From a virus, in the IMG/VR virus record IMGVR_UViG_3300037808_000364, positions 32,001 to 96,000 of that record: a stretch of DNA of 64,000 nt. One strand, 5' to 3'. The notes beneath the pieces are model-generated. The model saw nothing but the letters and a program-made list of their open reading frames with translations, did not search any database and was not told the DNA's origin. This document shows, one piece after another, positions 1 to 12,000 of this stretch (position 1 is its first letter; each line of letters opens with the position of its first letter). A program made the position numbers and the translations under genes.

Positions 1-3000
1 AAACTCACGACCCTCTTGACCAATCTGCCACTTGTTTCCAGATATTGAGAACTGATCAAATGTTAACAGGTTTTCAGCAGTACGCTGAATATAATCTTTT
101 CTGAATCCAGTTGGAAGGGTCAGTGGTTCAATCAAGTTCCAAGAGGCACTCTTACCAGCTACATCGGTGCCTCGACGGTATAGGAATACAGAGCCAGCAC
201 CAGATACATCCACCATGCCGGGATCAGCATTTCCAAAAGCGTCTACTCGATTCTGGTCAAACTCTGGAATAGTCATATGAGGAGCGGAGATAGCCATCAG
301 GTCACCCTTGACAGATACCTGACTTCCATATTCGTCGCCAGCACTTCTACCAGAAGCTACAATGAATGGAGAATCAACTGTCAGGTTAGCAGATGGAGCC
401 ACACTGGCGGCATCGTCACCTATAAACTTAACACCAGAGAATACCAAGTCTTGATCACAGTCTTCAGTACAGCAATCCCAATCAGTACCGCACATACCAT
501 AACCCCATTCCTCAAACGTTGGAGGAACAGAGATAGGGTCAATTGATCCGGTTTTTATGGTCATGGTAGCGTTATAAGCTACAGATGGCATGAGTTCCGT
601 GTATTTTCTCAATCCGTAGTAATTACCGCTGTATCCCAAGCCCCCACTAAAGTTAATAGCACCAGAGTTGGTGTATGTCTCTGTGGCTCGGAATATGCCT
701 CCATCGTTGCATGTGGCCGCACGCCACGTTGTACAATCCGTCCTGAGAATAGGATCAACAGCCTTGCTTGGGCTATTACCAGTACATGATCCATACCCAG
801 TTAAATCTACACCGCGAATTTCATTGGTGACATCTAGGGTTGCCACATGATCATCTGTTAGCTCAATACCAGTACCGTAGTTGTTGTTGTACCACAAGCC
901 AAATGCTGATCCAAAGTTACTGCTATAATTAGCAGTTACCAGATTCATGGTTCCGCTAGATAATGCTTCAACCGCAGGATTATGTAAGTAAAGAGGAACT
1001 TCAACGTTCATAACATTTGGAGCGTTAATGAACATTGGCATAGAACCAACAAAGCGACGTTTGGTAACTGTGTTGCCGCCGAGTAGGTTTAGATTGACAT
1101 CTCCACTAGCGTTGCTCGTGGTCAGATCTTGAATTGAGTTCCATAGAGTTAGAGGTGTAGTAGACTGAAGTCCGGTGCTTCCACTTGAAGACGCAAACGT
1201 GTTAAGTCTTAGGACTGGACCTGTAGGAGTTGTGGCTACATCCGCATTAAACATAGTAAGCGGCATACCAAAGAAGGTACCACTACCACCCAATGTAGTC
1301 AGAGGATCAAAGTCATCAGAGGTGTCGTGTCTACCTAGAATCTCCGGTAGTGCTAGAGACATAGAATTAGATAGACTTGAAGGAATCTCACCACTAATAT
1401 TTAGGGTGAACGTTTCCACTCCCGATTGATGAGGGGTGAATAGCGGAAGCGTTTCCGTAGAAACAAAAGCACCCTGAAGATTAAGCGTGAACCCACTAGG
1501 TGCCGTCGCAAATACATCGTACGGCAGTGGAATATTCATAGTAAGAGGTAGGGTTCCACTGCTATCCTGTGGAAATCCACCAACATTCAGATTAAGCTGA
1601 GATTCTGATGGGAAGGCACCGCTAGCATACAGGTTCATAGTGCCAGATACGTCAACATCGCAAACGTTCGCATCTTCCATTCTTACATGTGAGGAATGTA
1701 ATTCTATCTTAGAAGAATACGCTGGGCCTGATGGATAAACGAGGTCGTATTGTACGAACATATCGTTCACATCATCGGAGAAATATCTCTCCGAGAAATC
1801 TTTGACCCTTGGTTCTGACGGAAATAATGACCAAGCCTCTGTCTCATCGCAGATATCATCGTAGGTAAATGATGACTCTAGTTTTTGAATACAACCAGAG
1901 GGTTTCAGATAGTGAGACTTGCGGTTTACCAGTCCCCAGTTTGGCTCATCTGGAGTCCAGTAAGGGTCTTGATTCTTTGTGTATAGGCTGACAATCATAC
2001 GTGGGCCAGATGGAAGTACATCTCCACAACCAGACCACGAAATACCCATTCCCGTTTTGTGAGATACCACACTCTCTACAACAATAGCGTTTTCTGAGAA
2101 TGTATATCCACAAGGTATATTCTTTGTAATACGACGGTTAACGGCGTAGAAGTTGTTGGGAATATCACTTAGGTGGAACCGTAAGAAATCATTCTCTAAT
2201 TGCGTATGATACGATACTCCACTATCAATAGCAGAAGGAGTAGGAAGGTCCACAGAATTAGAATAACTGGTGCCGCTATGTTGAATATCAAAGATGATAT
2301 GTTCTGTATTCGGACGGAGCTGCCATTGGTCATAACCCATACCAAATTGACAGTGCTCAAAAGCACCCAAAGCCCAATCGTTGTATGTGTCTTCATTAAC
2401 TCTATCCCATAATTTGTAGCGGTCGTTAGTATACGACTCGCTCGGATCAAAGAATTTAACCCGACTGTTTTCTAGGAATTTTTCTGCCGTTACACCTTTA
2501 TATGTCTTGTCTGCGTTGGACTCTACAATGTTGGTACCAGACCCATAAAGCGTTTTAACTCCAGAACTCCAAGATGAAATTCCGAATTCACTAACGAGCA
2601 TGTTCATACCAACGCCAGAACCCGCAGACCATCCCAGTGTAAGGTCAGCATTTGTATCTGCCTTACGGAACGGTACGGAACTAGCACGTAGTACATTGAA
2701 AGGTGATAGAAATTCATTATCAGTGTAGAGTTTAAGACCACTACTCTGATGATCGTTGTACGTCAAGATGGCATTCAGCGGGAATTGGTACCCACTGTAA
2801 GGCACGGTGTCGGCAATAGAGATGATGTTGTTAGACGTATCTCTAGCGTATCCACATAGATACCCACCGCTATAACCAAGGGCGAAATCTAATTGAGACG
2901 GCGTGTCCCACTTAGAACAAATAACGCCACTTTGGAACAGGTCATACCCAACACCGGAAACGGTTGGGTCTGGCGTAAATCGAACGAAAACGGAAAATCC

Positions 3001-5994
3001 GCTAGCAGCACTAACATTCCCAAAGTTGATATTTTGCGTGTCTTGTGAGATTCTTACTGAACGATCAAAAGCGTCAGCAATCTTACCATAGAGAGGATTA
3101 CCCACAAAATTAACCGCACCACTAGCTAATGATGTCCAGTCAGAAGTTGTGTAACTACCACTATATCCGGGTAACTGACTTTGGAATAGGGTTCCGCTGG
3201 AATATCTCCAACCAACGTTGTGGTAGACTTCTGGCGTGGTAGCAAACAAACCACTAACCGTACCTAGGCCACTACCAAGCTCTGTGGATTGAACGTAGAG
3301 TCCATCAACATTATCAAAGCGGTAGTATCCAGATAGGAATGGGTAATCAATTATTGGGTTCTCAAATCCAAAGCCGAACATATCAGGGTCGTATGGGCCG
3401 CAAACCGTACCCTCTGACCCACGCCATCTTCTAGCGTAGTTACTCTTTATTGTACCATCCGAAGTATAAGAATGGATTCCACTGATTGAGGATAGAGGAC
3501 CGTAACCACTACCAGCATTTAGGATATCGTCTGTAGACCCCATAGATGTTGGGTATAGGGCCGCTTCCGATCTACCGTCTTGGACCTTCCCAAACTTTTT
3601 TCCGCCCTGAGTGAAGAGATTAAGGGCGTTTGAGGGTGCGTACCTTACACATAGTTCAGTGTAAGCAATGGAAGCACCGCTAGGAAGTGGGAAGATATCT
3701 AGATAGATCTTCTCTAGGTATGAACTCATTGAGTAGTCTTGAGATAACCCAAGGCGTACATCATCATCCAGAATCTGAAGAGGAACTTCATACCACGCAA
3801 ATTCTGTACCACTGACTACGGGGTATTGAGTAAGTGAATAATGGTCACCACCAGAATTACCGCTAGCTTCCCAGTAGTCTTCATGTTCAGATAAGCTACC
3901 ACCGGCCACTATGTAATCATCATCGTCAGAATAAAACCCTGAGATAACAGGGTGAGATCCAACACTCCCAACGTATTGATCGTTTAGGAATACGCCCGAT
4001 GGATTTTGTAGGAAACCGCCAGACGGAGAGGTGTCATGCAGGAGCTTATCTTCGCTGTAGCCAACAACATCAAGTACATAGTCTCTAGTTCCAAACGCTT
4101 TCTTAGCTAGAACTTTAAGTGTAATGGTGTCTACAGTGTAGAATATTGAGTCGTTTTTATGAACATTTTCCCTACGGTTTTCTGTGTTGAAAGCACCGCT
4201 GGGACTGAACCACATATTATTAGTAGACTGATCAAACTGATAGTTGAATGCTCCTTGAGTAATTTCGTCTACATTAGTGGAACATTCTCCAAAACGCAGC
4301 ATCAGCTTCCCTGAGTCAGCAACCCCACCCCCAGAAGCAGACTGAACTTTGATGAATCTTTGTGCTGTCGGAACCCCAAGGATTCTTACTAAGTCTTGAG
4401 CACCACATATATCTTCATTTGTAACACCTAGTGGGCTAGCAGCAGAATCAACATCGTCAACCCAAACAGTGTCTACGGACGGATAAATAGTAGTGTCAAA
4501 ATCATATTGAGGCATGAATTGGGCACGTATACATCTCTCTAGTCTTCTACCAGTAGATGGAACTTCCATGTAAGCTGGGAAGTAATCTTCGCGTCTAGGG
4601 CCGAATCCACCACTATTACAGATCTCAATTGCGGAAATTTTAAAACCGTTTGTGGGATTCAGAAACTTGACCTCTTGGGTCGATAGAGGAGCACCGTCTA
4701 GAGCCAAATAGTTGTTACCACTACCATCTGTCAGGATATCTGGTAGGATATAGTTTTCTTCAAACCCTTCACTGAAACCCTCTGTAAACGCATCGTCAAG
4801 AGATACAGCACGAACACTGAAGTGCAACTGATAACCGCTAACCATTTGCATGTGCGGTTTTGTTCTTCTATCCCAGTCATAATCATCTATCGCATTAGAT
4901 TCAGGAAGTGATGAATATGTGGAGAACTTAGATTGATCTACAGTGGAGTCGCCCTTCAGTGATATATCATTATACTTGACAATCAGATTTCCAGATGGGT
5001 CCAGCAGTTGAATATTGTAAACAGTGTAGAGAGGAGGTACGCTAGATTCATAGTTCTCTAACGGTGCAGCTACCCTCATTCTTAGGGCTGTGTAGTCTGG
5101 ACGTACGTTTAGATTAGTAAGATCGCACTTATACTGAAATAGACCCTCTGTATGAACCGTATCAGGGTTTATGTAAGAGGTTACGTCATCACTAAGGGTC
5201 ACGGAGTCACCGCCATCCTTAAGGATGCCCTCATATACACCCTCATCAATGAAGCTGTATAGACCTGAAGTTTCAGCTAGTGGACCTACAAATGAACCAA
5301 ACCCAGAAGCTACGGGTAAGTCAGCCTGAGGATATAGTTTTTCTTGGCACTTGAAATCACCAAACTCACCAGCAACCTTATCTATGTCTAAGACATTAAG
5401 ATTACCCTCAAGTGTGAGTAGTTCACTAAGAGCATAGTCTACCTTTATACCGTCATCCAGTTCACCCTCTGCGTCTAGCGATATGTCGATTGGGATGAAG
5501 GATGTAAGTCTACTCTCTACCTCAGACAAGAACGTAAGGGTCGCCTCCATAGCTGCTGCCGTGGAGATGATAGGGGCCGTCTCTGGACACGAACCGTCTA
5601 ACCTGATAGCATCTAATGCCTCAATCTGACGGTCCACAGCGTCTGTGCTGGATGTGTACTGAAGAGTAACGTCACAACCATTAATAGATACCACTGAGTA
5701 GTAGTAGGTTTGATAGTTGGCAGAGATCTCTGCTACCCACGTATCATCCAAACAAGTACAGTCGCATCCATTCAGCGTCACAGTGTAAAGAGGGCCAGAG
5801 CCAACAACAGCCGAAACAGTGTCCATACAGAATTCAGCTACAGGTGGAGATGTAAGCTCACCCTCAGCCTGTATGGTGGTACCCATATTAGCTTCAATGA
5901 TCATGTGAGCAGTAAACTCACCCCCAGCGGAACACGAAGCGTCCGTTGCTTTGAGGCAGCTACATTCTAAAGCTACGTGATGTTCACCTGACAT
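1..5994 (-). CDS. Large tail tip/hub-type structural protein (>=1998 aa, truncated at window edge) with LamG-like and FG-GAP-like segments
   Basis: ATG at 5994 (MSGEHHVALECSCLK...) after an AGGAAA RBS, just downstream of the tape measure stop. The frame is open where sampled, and the track lists no stop-terminated ORF in this frame. FG-GAP-like GDEYGSQVSVKGDLMAISAPH...GAGSVFLY near 170-340; LamG-like FSVFVRF...DFALGY...LKLYTD near 2720-3000. Confidence 0.8.
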   Translation of the reverse strand, partial: MSGEHHVALECSCLKATDASCSAGGEFTAHMIIEANMGTTIQAEGELTSPPVAEFCMDTVSAVVGSGPLYTVTLNGCDCTCLDDTWVAEISANYQTYYYSVVSINGCDVTLQYTSSTDAVDRQIEALDAIRLDGSCPETAPIISTAAAMEATLTFLSEVESRLTSFIPIDISLDAEGELDDGIKVDYALSELLTLEGNLNVLDIDKVAGEFGDFKCQEKLYPQADLPVASGFGSFVGPLAETSGLYSFIDEGVYEGILKDGGDSVTLSDDVTSYINPDTVHTEGLFQYKCDLTNLNVRPDYTALRMRVAAPLENYESSVPPLYTVYNIQLLDPSGNLIVKYNDISLKGDSTVDQSKFSTYSSLPESNAIDDYDWDRRTKPHMQMVSGYQLHFSVRAVSLDDAFTEGFSEGFEENYILPDILTDGSGNNYLALDGAPLSTQEVKFLNPTNGFKISAIEICNSGGFGPRREDYFPAYMEVPSTGRRLERCIRAQFMPQYDFDTTIYPSVDTVWVDDVDSAASPLGVTNEDICGAQDLVRILGVPTAQRFIKVQSASGGGVADSGKLMLRFGECSTNVDEITQGAFNYQFDQSTNNMWFSPSGAFNTENRRENVHKNDSIFYTVDTITLKVLAKKAFGTRDYVLDVVGYSEDKLLHDTSPSGGFLQNPSGVFLNDQYVGSVGSHPVISGFYSDDDDYIVAGGSLSEHEDYWEASGNSGGDHYSLTQYPVVSGTEFAWYEVPLQILDDDVRLGLSQDYSMSSYLEKIYLDIFPLPSGASIAYTELCVRYAPSNALNLFTQGGKKFGKVQDGRSEAALYPTSMGSTDDILNAGSGYGPLSSISGIHSYTSDGTIKSNYARRWRGSEGTVCGPYDPDMFGFGFENPIIDYPFLSGYYRFDNVDGLYVQSTELGSGLGTVSGLFATTPEVYHNVGWRYSSGTLFQSQLPGYSGSYTTSDWTSLASGAVNFVGNPLYGKIADAFDRSVRISQDTQNINFGNVSAASGFSVFVRFTPDPTVSGVGYDLFQSGVICSKWDTPSQLDFALGYSGGYLCGYARDTSNNIISIADTVPYSGYQFPLNAILTYNDHQSSGLKLYTDNEFLSPFNVLRASSVPFRKADTNADLTLGWSAGSGVGMNMLVSEFGISSWSSGVKTLYGSGTNIVESNADKTYKGVTAEKFLENSRVKFFDPSESYTNDRYKLWDRVNEDTYNDWALGAFEHCQFGMGYDQWQLRPNTEHIIFDIQHSGTSYSNSVDLPTPSAIDSGVSYHTQLENDFLRFHLSDIPNNFYAVNRRITKNIPCGYTFSENAIVVESVVSHKTGMGISWSGCGDVLPSGPRMIVSLYTKNQDPYWTPDEPNWGLVNRKSHYLKPSGCIQKLESSFTYDDICDETEAWSLFPSEPRVKDFSERYFSDDVNDMFVQYDLVYPSGPAYSSKIELHSSHVRMEDANVCDVDVSGTMNLYASGAFPSESQLNLNVGGFPQDSSGTLPLTMNIPLPYDVFATAPSGFTLNLQGAFVSTETLPLFTPHQSGVETFTLNISGEIPSSLSNSMSLALPEILGRHDTSDDFDPLTTLGGSGTFFGMPLTMFNADVATTPTGPVLRLNTFASSSGSTGLQSTTPLTLWNSIQDLTTSNASGDVNLNLLGGNTVTKRRFVGSMPMFINAPNVMNVEVPLYLHNPAVEALSSGTMNLVTANYSSNFGSAFGLWYNNNYGTGIELTDDHVATLDVTNEIRGVDLTGYGSCTGNSPSKAVDPILRTDCTTWRAATCNDGGIFRATETYTNSGAINFSGGLGYSGNYYGLRKYTELMPSVAYNATMTIKTGSIDPISVPPTFEEWGYGMCGTDWDCCTEDCDQDLVFSGVKFIGDDAASVAPSANLTVDSPFIVASGRSAGDEYGSQVSVKGDLMAISAPHMTIPEFDQNRVDAFGNADPGMVDVSGAGSVFLYRRGTDVAGKSASWNLIEPLTLPTGFRKDYIQRTAENLLTFDQFSISGNKWQIGQEGREF

Positions 5995-6009
5995 TCATTG
6001 TTTTCCTAT

Positions 6010-9000
6010 TTAAGCGAGTACCCCGCCCTTGCGTGTCAAATCACCACTACTGTTAAATTTGGACCTACCTATTTCTTTTCCAACTTCTGCTAACAACTCG
6101 TCCTTAATGTTTTGCTTCATAGACTCTAAGAAGCTACCGTTTACTAGGTTTACATTTACATTTGTGGTGTCCAGTTTAACGCTAAAGTTAGTGTTTGCCA
6201 GTTTGTCTACAGCACTAGAAAAATCAGAAAATACATTTCTAAGTGCTGGTATAGCATCTGTAAGCATGTTGCTAGACCCCTCAACTGGGCCTCCACCATT
6301 ACGACGTGCTCTACCTCCACCACGCATATAACCGGGACCACTTGCTCCTCCACCAGAGTTCATGGCTCTTAACATCTGTAAATTATTACCACGCTGAACT
6401 GCTGAACGATTTACCACAAACTCACCCGGTGTCAGCATAGCAGGAACAGTGTCAGTACCACGGGGCACAAACATTCCGTTGTTAGCATAGACCGTTCCAC
6501 CTTTAGCTAGTCCCTGATTCGCATTAGCTATATTACCCAACTCTTTAGTAAATACAACCTCACTAGCAATAATGGTAGCCTTATTGACAGCTATCTCAGA
6601 CACATCAAATTGAGCACCCTGTCCAGCTAAATCACCAAGCACCCCAGCTAGCTCTCTACCCTCAGCCTTGAACGCTTCTTGCTCGGGAGTTGTACCAGAC
6701 AAAGCACCGTTTCCTGTAATCCCGAACCTTTTGAGGGTTTCATCTTCCGCAGAACGTAGTTGTTTGTCAGACAACCCTTGCCCCTTCAAACTCTTAAACC
6801 CGGCACCTAGTGCAGACCCTGAGAACAAGCTCGTGAGTCCAGAAGAACCAGACCTTAGGGCCGCACCAGCACCAGCCGCAGCTTGACCCTCAATAAATCC
6901 CTGAACATCTCCACTAATCAGTTTCTCAAGTGAACTCTTTTCTTCTCTGTTCTTAGCTTGAACAATGGTTAACTCTTCTTTAAGAAGTGAGATCCTTTGT
7001 TTTGTGAAAGTTATAAGTGCAGCATTAGCACGTTGAGCCTCTGGACGTTGATCATTCTGAACCCCTTCTGGACCCGCAAAAATACCAGCACCACCAGTAG
7101 CAGAGCGTCCAGCAATGTCTCGAACAAACGCCCCCTGTTGTGAGTTAAACGTATTAGTAATCTCCGTAGCCACACGTCTAATATCGCCAGCACCTCCACC
7201 TTTAAGGCTAGCTCCAAGACCACCCAAGCCGCCGACGTTGTTAAACTGTGAAATTCTAGCTTGTGTTTGCTGTTGAGTTGTAAGTCTGGCACCACCAAAC
7301 GCTTCGAATGCCTTACCAGCTTCAATCTGAGTGTCAATAGCTTTATTTAGAGATTCAGCGGCAGTCGCTTCTACCTTCTCACGCTCTTGGTAGAGCTTAG
7401 ACATTGTGACGTTATGTTGTGACTGTAGCTTGGCCGCTTCAAAGAAACCGGAAGATAACGCTTGAGCGTCTGTACCAATTTTCTGGATTAGCTTAGAAAT
7501 ATCAGTAGTAGCCAGATCCTTTGGTTCTATAGCACTTACGTTCGAACTGATAAGATCTCTAATTTGCTTTCTGATTTCAGGGGAAGCATCTGCCGGAATA
7601 GCTTCTACCAACGCTTCTGTCAGCTTACCCTTAGAAGCTGCTGGGTTACCTCTGTTAACATCAAAGTTGCTTACAATACCACCTATGTTCTGTGAGAACC
7701 CAGAAGAAGCCCTAGCGACATCCGCCTGTCCACTTAGGGCAGCAGCTAACCCGCCACCGCCAGCACCTCCAGCAGTAGATAGTAGTTGTTTTTCAATAGC
7801 GTCAATAGCAGCACCGGAATCTACACCAATATTCTTACGTGCAGACTCTAACTGTATGATATAACCCTCTAGAGAACTAGAGCCAGTAGTTAGTCCAGCG
7901 GTAAACGCCTTCACAGCCGCATTAGCACCACCAAACGCAGAAGTGATTTTCAGAGAATCAAAGTTAGCTTTTCCAAGTTGTACCTGAGCATCTCTTAGCG
8001 TAATAGAGACCCTCGCAAGTTTCAACATCTCCTCTTGGGTTTCTTGATTAGCACCAGCTAACCCTAAGGCAGCTTCTTCAGCTTGTGCTAAACTAGCTCC
8101 TGAACTAATTAAAGTAGTTAGGGTTTTTGCTGACTCTATATTTATCTTAGCTTCTTGTGATTTCTTATTTTTACCTTCTTCTAACTGTGCAACCTCAGAC
8201 CTAGCTTCATTAGTACCACCTAGTACTGTAGACAGAGCAGCTTGAACATTAATCCCTCCACCGTCTAGTTTGAATGGGTTATTATCTTTAGAGAGGGTTT
8301 TATTAAGATCTGAGAGATTTGAAGTAGCAGTATCTGCTGCTGTAGTAGCACGAGACTGCCTAACCTGTTTTGCTAGACCGTCGAAGAAATTGTTGGTGCC
8401 AGAAAACGCATCGGTAGCTATTTGAGCAAATCCACTCACAGAGAACGCATCCGTAATACCTTTCGCAAACGCACCAGCCCCAGCGGCATCCGCAGCACCA
8501 GAAACATCACCCTTATCTTTTGCTTGTTCAGCCTGTCTTTGGGATAGTTCTTGTACATACCCACCTATGGCGTTGGCTATACCCTTTATAGATACGATAG
8601 CAGCAGCAGCACCTGTAACAGCTTTACCCCCAAATTTAGCTGCACCAGCTAATCGTCGTCTCCTATTGGCTAATTTCTCTTCTGACTGAGCGGCTTTCAA
8701 TGCTGCTTTTTGAGATCTAACCCTCGCTCTCTCTAGAGACTTCTCGCCAGCCTGCACCGCTTTCAGTGTTTTACTATGTCTTTTTTGTGACGCGGTTCGA
8801 TTTTCAGTTAAGTTTTCACCCTGCTTAATGACCTTACTAGAGTCTTTAAACGCCACCTTCATATTATTGACATGTTGCGTCTGAAATTGTATTTCCTTTG
8901 AAAGTGCTTGCTGTTCTTTTAGAAGTTCCTTTGTGGATTTACCCCTGAAGCCCGGATGTGAACGTCTCTCCGAACCCTGTTGAATATCTTTAGCAGCAGC

Positions 9001-12000
9001 GGATCTCTTATCTTTCAGCTCCTGTAGTCTATCTTCTCCTCGACCAATGGTAGCTTGTTCAGATTTTGCTACTTCAAACTGTGGAGCGAAATCTATCTCA
9101 GCTTTCTTTCTCTTCTTAAATTCAGCAAACGCCACCTCTTCTTGTTTCTGAATACCTACTATAGTTTTTTCTCTTTTCTTAGCTGTTTTTTCCGCAGATT
9201 GAGCTACAAGTTTCTCAGATTCAATAGCTTGTTCCGCTAGAGAAACACGCTTTTTTGACAACCCACTTTCAGATGAATCAGTTCCACTACTAGCTTCTGC
9301 ATTTTCACTTGTAGCAGATAACTCTGTAGCCTTGGTAGCATCTTGTTGTGCCTTCTTCATTTTACCAAATCCAACTGTACCCTCTTCTATGCCCTTACTA
9401 AACCCATCTATATACTTATTAGCAGCCTTTAGACCAAACAAAGCTACCCCAACAGCAGTAACAGCTTGAAAGAACTTCTCTGTAGCTACCGTAGCTTTAA
9501 ATGTAGAGTCGGACGCTTCTTTACTCTTATCTCCAAGAGATGATATAGCCGCTTGTACCGCAGGTATAACAATAGATAATCCAGTAAATCCAATACCACC
9601 ACCCTCAGTAACTCCTCCTCCACCTCTAAACCTTTGGACACCACCAACCGCTCCACCCTTAGCGAACTTAGCAACACCGCTCTTATTCATAGAGTTTAGA
9701 TTGCTCGCTCCGATTTTGGAAGCAGCACTCTTGTTTATGACAAACTCACCGGGAGTTAGTAGGGCTGGAACAGTGTCTGTACCTCCCCCTATACCACCAC
9801 CTTTGTTAGCTTTGGTAATTGTGAAGTCTGATTTTTTGAGGTCTTTAGCAATTTTGTTTACTAGTCTGCCATCACCCTGAACAGCGGTTGTCCTAGTCCT
9901 CTTAGCGTCTCCTCTTTTAAGAGGACCAAGATTATCATCTGGATCAAACAGTTTAGCTAATTTTTTCTTTGACCCCTTTGTTATGTTTGGAAAGTCAAAG
10001 TCTGCACGAATGCCGGATTGTCCGGAGTTGTCAGGACCAGTTTCTAGGTCTCCAGCAGCACCAATTACAGCCTCTAAGAGATACCCCTCAATAGTTGATT
10101 GTGCTCCCTTTAGAACATCTCTAACCCTGAAGTTATGTCCGTCTTCAAATTTTAAGGGTCCAATAGACAATGATTCGGCTAAGTTGGAATCAAAAATAGA
10201 CTGTGCCCCGGCATCAAGAGCCTTACTTGCTCCCTTGGCAAATTCTTGTTGCAACTCGCCCTGTACACTGTCTGGACTACCAATTCCAAATACTGAGAAT
10301 GGACCTCTTATCTGATAATCAAGCTCTTGCCCCTTTTTCCTTCTTACGTTTTCTTTCTTATAACTTTCCGTTAGTGCCTCTCTGCTCTGTGTTCCAATTT
10401 TGATTTTACCGGCGGTAAGAGATTTTTTCGAACGCGGAGGGAGGTCTAGCCCAAAACCTCTCTGTTGCGTGGAAGTAAGAGTAGCTGCATATCTTTTCAA
10501 GTCTTTGTCGTCAATCGATCCAGTTCTAGGACCAACTACTCTATTTATATGACGGTTAGCAGATCCAGACAGTTCAACAGCCCCCGAAGCTATATCTGAA
10601 CCAGTCTGCTGATCCAGAACTAACGCACCATACTGTCTAGGGTTTTTAACGTTAACAACTCCGCCCGCAGCAAATTTGTTATCATTCATAGCTGCTAGAG
10701 TGCCAGCACCCATTTTACCCACACTACTCTTACGTATAACAAACTCACCCGGAGTAAGCATAGCGGGTACAGTGTCCCCATTACCAACTCCCGGAACAAT
10801 ACCTCCGCTGGCGAACTTGCGAATAGGACCGCCCTGATTACGAGTCTGAAGACCACGTACGGCAGCACCAGCACCCCCAAGGAAGGAACCAAAACCCTGT
10901 GCGAATTTGAAAGCAGCGACGGCTCCCAGAAGTGGGATTAAGGGTTTGACCGTATCCGCAATTTTGATAAACGCACTGGCTAAACTAAGTGCAGTTCTGG
11001 TAAATACTTGAAAGGAAGTACTACTAGCTATACCACGTACGAGAGCTAAGAACTCTTCTTTAACCTTAGTGATCTGTACGGCGAGAGCCTGCTGTGCAGT
11101 TGCGGCATCTTTATCAAGAGAGGTCTGTCCAGACTTCGCTACGTTTAGGGCTTCCTGAGCAACCTTATATTGTTGTAGTAAGGGGATAACCTTACCAATT
11201 TGACGGAAGCCACCAAGTTCTTCTGCTATTGAGATAAACTTAGTATCACCGGCGGGTAGGTCAGCAAATGCTTTACCAAGAGCCTGAGCAGCTTTGAAGG
11301 GACCAATAAAACGACCCTCTGCGTTTGTCAGTTCTACTCCAAGCTCACGTAGATATTGGATGGTCTCCGGTCTCTGGACACGAGTGAAGATGGTACGTAA
11401 ACCAGTACTAATGGATTCAGCACTTTCACGAGTAGTCTGACGAACACTAGTGAACAAGGCTAACAGTTCTTCAAGAGAGCCACCGGCGGATTTGAACACA
11501 CCACCAAATCTACGTACAGCACCAATAAGGTCACCAGATTCTACGGCGAACGCACCAGCAACAGCGTTGATAGAGCCAAGCTGTCCTTCGAGGGCACCAA
11601 CACCCTGTTCAAACTGGCGGATTACAGCGATAGCACCTTCTGCCGTCTGAGTAATATCATCAAACGTGGGTGCTAGTGTACTTTTTGCGAGACTGGATAG
11701 GGCGACTTCTAGCTCTGCACCACGAATACCGGCCTGTGATAGAATTCTAGTAACAGCCAATAGGTCTCTACTAACAACACCTAAACCTGTAGCTAATCCA
11801 GTAATGGTATTTTCTAGACTGTCAAGTTGTTTAACGGTGGTTCCTGTTACCTGAGCTATCTTGACAATCTCACGTTGGAAGTCAATAGCTTCATCAACAG
11901 CACTAGCTAGACTGTTGGTAAATAGGCTTACGGCACGGCTTGCAACGGTGAAGGCAGCAAAACGCTTAACGGCCAGCCCAAAGCTCCTACCAAGAGCATC

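Noticed and set aside
1-5994. Apparent 6-kb ORF-poor region suggesting stop-codon recoding or non-coding DNA
   Set aside because: Explained by one long minus-strand ORF truncated at the edge; TAA, TAG and TGA all terminate genes normally elsewhere.
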